From an uncultured Patescibacteria group bacterium (GTDB lineage Bacteria; Patescibacteriota; Gracilibacteria; BD1-5; UBA6164): a stretch of DNA of 64,000 bases. Below the pieces are notes generated by a model, which did no database searches, was not told the origin of the DNA, and saw only the letters and a program-made list of their open reading frames with translations. The stretch is from assembly GCA_963926055.1 (NCBI GenBank), contig CAWUVK010000004.1, positions 40,934 to 104,933 on the forward strand, written 5' to 3'. Both the position numbers and the translations under genes were made by a program. The first letter of the stretch is position 1. Every line of letters begins with the position of its first letter. Positions 56,049 to 64,000 of this stretch are shown one piece after another.

Positions 56049-57170
56049 TTGGTTCATAAAATAAACACTAAAGCTAGGATTCAAAGGCATCTGAGAATCT
56101 ATAATGATTCTACTGTGAGTACATCCAATAATGCAGGAACGTTTAAAAAAGGAGTGAATTCTATTAATTTTAATATTGTATTTCTTATTGTAGTGGTATT
56201 ATTTCCATTTTACCCTACGTTTGCATCATTTGTACATGGAAACAATGAAGCAGAATTTGATAGATGAGATATTAATGAAGATTCTATTTTAAGTGCGTAT
56301 TTTTCAGATGGAGAAGACTTTAGTGATGCACAATTCACTAATGCACCAATTATTTCTCAAGCAGATACTTTTTTATCAATCAATACACTTTTAAATGATG
56401 AAAGAGATCTTACAGGTACAAATGAAATCATTGATTATGAAGTTCAATCAGGAGAATCATTTTCAACAATTGCATCAAAACATCAAGTAACAGCTTCATC
56501 AATTATGTGGGCTAATAATTTTAATTCATCTCATATATTACAACCTGGAGAATTAATAAAAATACCCCCAGTTACCGGAATTATTTATACTGTTAAATCA
56601 TGAGATAATGTTGCTAAAATAGCAAAAAATTATTCAATCGAAGAATCAGATATTTTAGAACAAAATTTACTTGCTTCAAACCAAGAATTAAAAGTCTGAC
56701 AAGAACTTGTGCTTCCAGGAGCAAAGAAAAAAATAATTATTACTAAAAAACCAGCAGTTCCAGCTAATAAGCCAGCTTATAGTTTTACTCAATGAGGTCA
56801 AAGTAATTATGTAAATACAAAAGGGAAATATAATCTTGTATGGAGAAAACCTTTTTCAGGTGTGGGATGAAACTGTACCTGGTATGTGGCTTCATATAAA
56901 AATGTTGATTGGAGGTGAAATGCTAATCAATGGTTGAGAAATGCAAGAGCAAAGTGACATCCTACATGAATGACTCCTCAAACAGGAGCTATAGTAGTTT
57001 TAGACGGGAGATGATATAATCCATGGTATGGACATGTAGCAATCGTAATGGAAGTAAAAGCAGATTCACTGATTGTGTCAGATATGAACTACAGAAGACT
57101 CTATGAAGTTACCTATAGAGAAATACCAAAAAACGATAGAGCAATTCAATGATACATTTACGTAGACTAA
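56049..57170 (+). CDS. LysM (x2) + CHAP peptidoglycan hydrolase
   Basis: 373 aa in the frame of track ORF 56049-56267. It has an N-terminal TM helix. The LysM repeats are YEVQSGESFSTIASKHQV and YTVKSGDNVAKIAKNYSI. CHAP motifs are GNCTWYVA and WYGHVAIV. The start is a TTG at 56049 and is uncertain. Confidence 0.85.
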
Positions 57171-57330
57171 AAAATATTTTTCGAATGAAATTCGAAAAAT
57201 ATTTTTTTTAATATTAAAATTTTATTTGTCAATAGAATATTAATTGATTTATTATTCAAATATTTTAGAATTAAATATAATAGGCAATATAAAATATATT
57301 ATTAATATATGAAATTCATTATTCAGATAT

Positions 57331-57360
57331 TTGACTTTTGTTAATTAAAGATGATATAAT
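57331..57360 (+). promoter_or_regulatory. sigma-70-like promoter of the giant gene
   Basis: TTGACT (57331-57336), an 18-nt spacer, then an extended -10 TGATATAAT (57352-57360). Confidence 0.45.
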
Positions 57361-57424
57361 TAAAATGTCAATAATCTTTGTTTAAAGTAAAGATACATAC
57401 AATATTTTGTTAATATAAATATCT

Positions 57425-60400
57425 ATGAAAAATTTTTATATGTGAATTAAATTATTTTTTAGTTTATTATTTTCTCTTTTTCTTCCCATAGGATATTTAT
57501 ATGCAGACTGTACTATACCTAATGGTACAGGAGTAGAAAATATTGAATATGTACATAAATGGGCAAGTGCTAATATACTAGCAGACACTAGTAGTTGGAG
57601 AGACTGTAATTCAAATGATACATTTTGATCTATATGTACCCCATGAGATAGATGTAAATACAGCAGTTTTATGTGAACAGATGGTAAATTTTGTCAGCAA
57701 ACAACTCAAATAAAATCAAGTGAATGTGAGATTACTAGTTGTGATGAGTGATATATACTTAGTTGAGATAGTTGTATTGAAGATACTTCTGGATGATCTT
57801 GTGTATACAGTTATTCAAGTTCATGTTCTCAATGATATTCATATAATTCATCTACAAACAAATGTGAATTAATAAATGTAGCAAGCCCTTGTCAGTCTGG
57901 TTTTACATATAATTCAAGCACTTGAAAATGTGAAGATAGTTGGACTTGAAAAGGTTTTTGTGAAGAAAGCTGATTTAAGGCTACTTGAGATAATTTAAAT
58001 TGTGAAAAAAGAATTGTTTCAGACCCATTCTACATTGGAGGAGATATTTATAACAACTGAATATTAGCTTGTGGAACATGAACATCTTATAATGTTATTT
58101 CAAAAAAATGTGAATGATTTATTACAAATAATGAATCTCCAAAATGTAATATGTATATAGATTCATTTTATGATTCAGATAATTGGACAACAATTAGAAA
58201 CACTCAATTCCAATGAAATAAAACTGGTTCAAATAATAAATGTGTTTGAAAAAAAATAAAAAATTATTCATGTACGTCTTGATTTATACTAAATTCATCC
58301 ACTAAACAGTGTGAAAAAAAAGAACAACAAAATCCATCATGTTCTATAGGTAACCTTATTACTAGTTGACCAAATGAATGAAAATGTGAATTAGAATCTA
58401 ACTGTTGAGTCGATTCAGTTAATTGAGGTTGGAGTGATTATTCTTATGGATGATGGTCAATTTGTGATACTTCCACAGGTACTAAAACTAGACAATGAAC
58501 TAGAACATGTACGAACCCTACACCATTTTGAGGTTGATCAGATTGTATCTGAGCCAATCAAAATACAGAATCTACAACGTGTAGTGTAAATGCGTCTTGT
58601 TGAGCAAGTGTAAATACTTGTAATACATGAACCTTTTCTGACCGTACTGATTCTAATTGAATGGCAGTGTGGAGTTGTGTAGGATTAAATTCATGAGAAA
58701 ATAAAATTTGTCAATATAATACAGATAATACAGCTCCAACAGGTACAGTATCATATTCACCTTCAAGTTGGACAAATCAAAATGTAACTATTAGTGTATC
58801 ATGTAGTGATAGTGGATCATGATGTGATCAACCTACATATTCAAAAACTGTGACTTTAAATGGAGCTTGAAATATCACTATTAGAGATAAAGTATGAAAC
58901 ACTAGAAATATTTCATATAATGTTACAAATATAGATAATACACCACCAAGTTGAGAAGTATCTTATACTCAAAATTCTTCTACTTGAAATGTAGTAATCA
59001 CAGTTGAGTGTAGTGATAGTGGATCATGATGCAAGCAATCTACATATACAAAATCAGTAAGTTCAAATGGTACCGGCATAATCTCTATTGCAGATAATGC
59101 TTGAAACTCTAGCAATGTTTCATACAATGTTGTAAATATAGATAATATAGCACCCACAGGAAAAGTTTCGTACTCACCATCAAATTGGACAAATTGAAAT
59201 GTAGTAATCACAGTTGAGTGTAGTGATAGTGGATCATGATGTAATCAATCTACATATACAAAATCAGTAAGTTCAAATGGTTCTGGTATAATTACTATTT
59301 CAGATAATGCCTGAAATACAAAAAATATATCATATAATGTTACAAATATAGATAAAGTAGCTCCAACAGCTACAATATCTCATAATCAAGGATGGTATAA
59401 CAATATACAAACTATTACTTTTTCAGCAAAAGATACTGGATGAAGTAGGTTAAAACGAATATATTTGCAAGAAAGTGTAAATGGTTGAAATTATACTTAT
59501 GTTTCAGCAGCGAATTATGATAATTTAAATTCATCTACAAATGTAACAAAAACATTTACTCGCTCTGCTATAAATGGAAATAATTATAAATATAGATTAA
59601 TATCTTGGGATTATACAGGACAATATAGTATTGTATATGGACCAAATTCAGCAATATATTTTGATACTGTTGCTCCAGATGAACCTAATATAAATTCATC
59701 TACGCATCAAAATAATGTGTGGTTAAATAATAATAATCCTTCTTTTTGAATATCAAAAAATAATGTAGGACCAAGTAATTCTACAAATTATTATTGTATA
59801 GATACAAATAATAGTTGTGATCCAAATATATCTTGAGATTATAAATCATATACTAATTTATCAAATGGTGTTTGATATTTTAGAGCTAAAACGTGTGATA
59901 CTGGTTGATGTAGCGGTGTAAAATCGTTTACAATTAAAACAGATATGACAAAAGCTACATGATCATTAGATTATAATACAGGTTGGTATAATAAACAGCA
60001 AATAATTTCTTTTTGAGCTACAGATACTGGATGAAGTAAATTAAAAAGAATTCGGTTACAGGTGAGTAAAGATGGAAATTCTTTTGAATATATTGCAAAT
60101 ACAGATTATAATAATCTTAACACAGATAGTATATATAAAGAATATATCCAAATTCCTAATACTAATATAATTGATAATACTCAATGAGATGTAGTGGAAA
60201 CTCCTTTAGATAATTACGAAGCTACACCTATTGATCAACAACCTGGTATTGATATTCCAAGTTCATGAAATCCAGATTCAACAATATCAAATCCTACTAT
60301 TCCTGACAATCAAATACAACCGAATGATCCTTCGGAAAATGCTATTATGTTTCAATCACAAAACATAGCATACCAAGTTAATATGGATGAAAAAACTTGA

Positions 60401-63400
60401 GAATTAAATAATTATCAATATTTATTTTATCTTCCTACTTCTTTAACTTCTTTAAATAATAGTGGTTATAAGTATAGGCTTATTGTTTGGGATAATGCTG
60501 GAAATATAACTTTTGTACCTGGACCAAGTGGAACAATTAATTTTGATACTATAAAACCTACTGTTTGAGCAACTAATTCGGATGAAAATCTATGGAAAAA
60601 CACCAAAGAAACAGTTACATTAAGTGCTGGAGATCAATGATGAAGTGGAGTTAAATATTCTAAATATATCTGGAATAATAATTCATGTGTAACTAATTGA
60701 GTACTATACTCAAATGGTGATACTACTACGATTCCAGCAGAATGAAAGAATACATTATATTTATGTGCAAGTGATAATGCAGGAAATATACAAACCTGGT
60801 CAGGTATTTATAAATTTGATGAAACAAATCCAGAAGTGAATCATAATTATTTATTTGATGATACATGGACAAATGCATCAAGTGTTATTAATTTTAAAGC
60901 AACTGATCCAAATCCTACTATTCATTCTGACATTAAAGAGACAAAATATTGTAGAAATTCTGAATGTAATCCAAATATTTCTGGAAATAGTATTACTTTG
61001 ACTTTAGATGATGAAAGTATTTACAGATTTCAAACTATTGATCATGCTGGAAATAAAAGTCCTATAAAAGAAGTAAGTGTAAAAATTGAAGATAATACAC
61101 CAAATATATCTGTAGATTTCACTGATACAATTGGACAAAATTATACAGCTTGAAATTGGATAAACTCAAATATAAATGCAAAAATAAATTGTAGAGATAC
61201 AGATGAATCTATAAATTCAGGCTGTAATCCAGATACATATCAATTTAATCTTACAGATAATAAAGATACATGTTTAAGTAATGTAAGTTGATTTGAAAAC
61301 TATACATCTCAATGAGTAAATATTACAACATTAAATAATACAAATAAAGTTCTCTATATTTGTATGAGAGCAAAAGATTTTGCAGAGAATGGATATAGTT
61401 ATTCAGATGTGTATGAAGTAAAAATAGATAAAATTATTCCAAATTATGAAGATATTTCAGTAAATTCTTGATATCCAGATACAAATAGTAAATTACATGC
61501 AAGTGAAAGAGAGTTGTCATATTCTATTGATGATAAATCATGAGCTCCAATAGTAAAAATAGAATGATACTTTGAAGATTATGAAAATAATGATTCATTT
61601 ACTCTTTCTAAAACATCTTCTTGAAATACTTTAACTTTCATGTGAAATATGACAAAAGTTGATAATGAGGAAAGTATATCAGATGGTATGAGAACCTATA
61701 GTTTTCATATTACTAAAATTGAAGATCAAGCGGGAAATAGTATTTCTAGAAATATAACTAACCCTATAAAAACGTATAATTATAATGTTTATGCAAATAT
61801 AGATTCTAATCTAAAAATTTCATTAGTAAAAAATGATTTAAACTCTCATAATATTGCCAATGGAGAAATTAATAATATGAATATTGAAGTTAGAGATGAA
61901 TTTAATAATATAATTATACCAATTGCAAATATTTGAAGAAAAGTAAATATGGTTTTTAGTGGACAAAATACATTAAAATTAAATCAATATAATACTATAA
62001 ATTCAGATTCCTCAATATTTGTGAATATTCCAAACTCAGAGACATTATTTAAAAATGATATTTTTAACTCTTGAGATAATCAATACAATAATTTGCTTTC
62101 AAATAATTGAATATATACTTTTGAATACAAAGTTTATACTCCAACATTTAATGGAATAAAAACAAATGGCCAACAATATGTAAATGGTTGAGCTCATATT
62201 AGTGAAATCGAAGTAAAAACTCAACAAGATTTAGGTATAAACAATGTTTCAGAAACTGAATTTGTGTGAAATAAAATTGAACCAAATATTGATTTTGATT
62301 TTGCACCATTAATTTCAACTCAATTTGACTGAGATTTTTCTAAAAATTATTCTTTGAATCAAGATTTAGAAAATATAATTTCTTTTATAAATACAGATTC
62401 TAGTAAACCACTTTCAAACCAAAAAGTATTTTTATGATTTGGAAAAGCAACTCAAAATACTAATGGTACGCAAGAAAATTTAAATTTAGTAGTAAATTGA
62501 AGTAGTATTTCTGAATGACATCAAACAAATATTACAAATTTAAAAAGTTTTGATAATTTTAATCAAAAAAGTTTTAGCTCTGAAATTAAACAAACAAAAG
62601 AGAGTTTAACGGATAATGAAAAAAAGCATTATATTTCAACTCATATTTGATATACTTTAGATGGAAATAATATTTTTTACAATAGTGATATTATTTGAAA
62701 AACGAATTATTCTGCGGGAACACTTTTAGATAGTTCTACAAATCTTTGAGTAAAAGTACTTTGAAATGTACAATCAAAGAATCAAACAGATATTTCTGAT
62801 AATCAATCTGAAACTGATATTTATCAATTATGAAATAATACAAAAGCTGATTTAAAAGAAAAAATTAAGAAAAATGTAGCTGAAATTTCAATGAATGTAT
62901 CTGCTGAGGAAGTTTCACAAATTACAAATATTTGATGAAATTCTTGGGATAATTCAATAATTGCTCCAAAGTTATCAAATCAAAAAATATTATTAACAAA
63001 ATGAGAAGTAAAATTATCTTCAGCACAAAAATATACAGGGAAGAAAACATTAGTAATACAATGATGAAACCTTTATATAACTGAAAATCTTTTAGCTTCA
63101 AATAAAGTAAATGATATTTTATGAATTATAGTTCTGGAAGATGAAAATGGAAATGGTTGAAATGTTTATATAGATCCAAGTGTAACAGCTTTAGAAGCAG
63201 TAATTTTTGCTGATAAATCTTTATTAAATTACGATGGAAGTAATGTAGTTACAGATGGAAGACAATTAAAAAATCAATTTTATTTCTATTGAACATTGTT
63301 TAGTGAAAATACACTTTGAGGATATGTTTCTCAACAATGTCCATATTTTGTTTCTAATTGTGATTTTGATACAGCTGAAAAATATGATTTAAATTTTCTA

Positions 63401-63565
63401 AGATCATATTATGTCTATGATTCAAATGATGATGGAAATTTAGATGCAGCAAACTGAAATTCATATTTCAATTCTTGAGATGCATATTTTGCTTATCCTG
63501 TTATATTCGAATATAACTCTAATATCCAAAATAATCCTCCAGATTTATTTGAAATTAATCAATAA
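57425..63565 (+). CDS. giant secreted surface protein (about 2046 aa): Cys-rich EGF-like modules, TSP1-like repeat, tandem Ig-like domains
   Basis: This is one frame (track fragments 60836-61153 and 61649-61936 are in frame), open only with TGA read as Gly, from ATG at 57425 to TAA at 63563-63565. It has a signal peptide. Repeated modules have the form C..G[YF]..N....KCE. The TSP1-like segment is GGWSDYSYGGWSICD...R.GTRTCTNPTPFGGGSDC. Many ..W.N..V.I....D..SG. domains follow. Confidence 0.85.
58724..59353 (+). repeat. three tandem ~210-nt (70-aa) domain repeats inside the giant gene
   Basis: Copies 2 and 3 are near-identical over more than 80 nt (TTGAAATGTAGTAATCACAGTTGAGTGTAGTGATAGTGGATCATGATG...), starting at 58984 and 59194. 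Each copy encodes APTG.VSYSP..WTN.NV.I.V.CSDSGSGC....Y.K.V..NG.G.I.I.D..GN...ISYNV.NID. Confidence 0.85.
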
Positions 63566-63592
63566 AAAAACTCGCAATTGCGAGTTTTTTTA
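63564..63592. terminator. bidirectional rho-independent terminator
   Basis: The stem AACTCGCA pairs with TGCGAGTT (63569-63586), with an A run before and a T run after. Confidence 0.7.
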
Positions 63593-63603
63593 TTGTAATA
63601 AAA

Positions 63604-63987
63604 TTATTCTTTCATAGCATTTGAAATTTTATATACTACTTGATTTATAGGGTTGAGATTTTTATGAAGTTCTAAACGTAAATCTACATAACTTTTTTGT
63701 AATAGAGTGAGTAAATCATGAATCGGAAGATTTGTTTCATAATCATTATATGTTTTTAACGCAATCGGGTAGAGATCATATGCTTTTTGTATTTCATTTT
63801 CAATCAGATTTTTTTTCTTCTTTTCTTTTTCTATAATATCAGAAATATTATAATTTTGAGTTATTTTTTCACTATCCTCTAAATTTTTATCTTGTTGAAT
63901 TATATTTGCTGTAATTGAATTGTATTCGTTGAGATATTCTAAATAATTATGATATTCACACAGTTGAAACGTAAGCTGATCAAGCAT
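63604..63987 (-). CDS. hypothetical protein (at least 127 aa)
   Basis: Track ORF with a TAA stop and no TGA. The frame stays open upstream to the window edge, so the true start may lie outside the window. Confidence 0.5.
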   Translation of the reverse strand: MLDQLTFQLCEYHNYLEYLNEYNSITANIIQQDKNLEDSEKITQNYNISDIIEKEKKKKNLIENEIQKAYDLYPIALKTYNDYETNLPIHDLLTLLQKSYVDLRLELHKNLNPINQVVYKISNAMKE

Positions 63988-64000
63988 ATTTTTTTTATCT

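Noticed and set aside
56213-56221. CCCTACGTT, which matches part of the RAYT-associated GTAG repeat (AACGTAGGG).
   Set aside because: It is only a 9-mer, the flanking sequence has the wrong arrangement relative to the 18-mer, and it lies inside the LysM-CHAP ORF. It is probably a chance match.
58969-59211. Minus-strand ORF 58969-59211.
   Set aside because: It lies inside the tandem repeats of the giant plus-strand gene and is a mirror frame of a repeat.

Overview
Strongly AT-rich bacterial chromosomal segment in which TGA is a sense codon for glycine (translation table 25, the Gracilibacteria/Absconditabacteria type of Patescibacteria/CPR). In-frame TGAs fall on invariant Gly positions of many conserved proteins, so the supplied standard-code ORF track is badly fragmented. 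Reading through TGA gives about 73 tightly packed genes and 2 tRNAs (Arg, Gln), mostly separated by clear rho-independent hairpin terminators. All real stops are TAA or TAG. I saw no rRNA, CRISPR array, prophage or intact IS.

Recognisable content:
- DNA repair and replication: recJ, mutY, an MGMT-like protein, an AlkD-like protein, nth, recQ, rnhA.
- Housekeeping: trxA, mnmA, secE-nusG, greA, glmS, rplU, hrcA, a Nif3-like protein, an IMPACT/YigZ-like protein.
- Envelope: a flippase, a GT4 glycosyltransferase, a LysM-CHAP hydrolase.
- Type IV pilus parts: a PilB-like ATPase and two prepilins.
- Mobile-element traces: a REP-associated tyrosine transposase with GTAG-headed repeats, and a transposase-like remnant.

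Most interesting loci:
1. A nine-gene TelA / DUF4178 / DUF350 / SPFH-SHOCT / membrane SpeE-like cluster (12.2-19.4 kb). It looks like an envelope-stress module but has no PspA.
2. A promoter, 17-codon leader (Arg-Arg-Arg) and twin-hairpin unit shaped like a transcription attenuator, upstream of a GNAT + AstE-family pair (34.6-36.3 kb).
3. A prepilin fused to a fibrinogen-like GGGWT domain.
4. A roughly 2046-aa secreted protein with EGF-like modules, a TSP1-like repeat and Ig-like repeats.
5. GC-rich palindromic islands, two of them in frame inside recQ and rnhA.
6. A strongly signalled small ORF that ends in TGA right at a terminator.

Coordinates that are not track ORF ends were derived by hand and checked only for frame consistency. 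Family calls rest on motifs I recognised by eye, not on searches.
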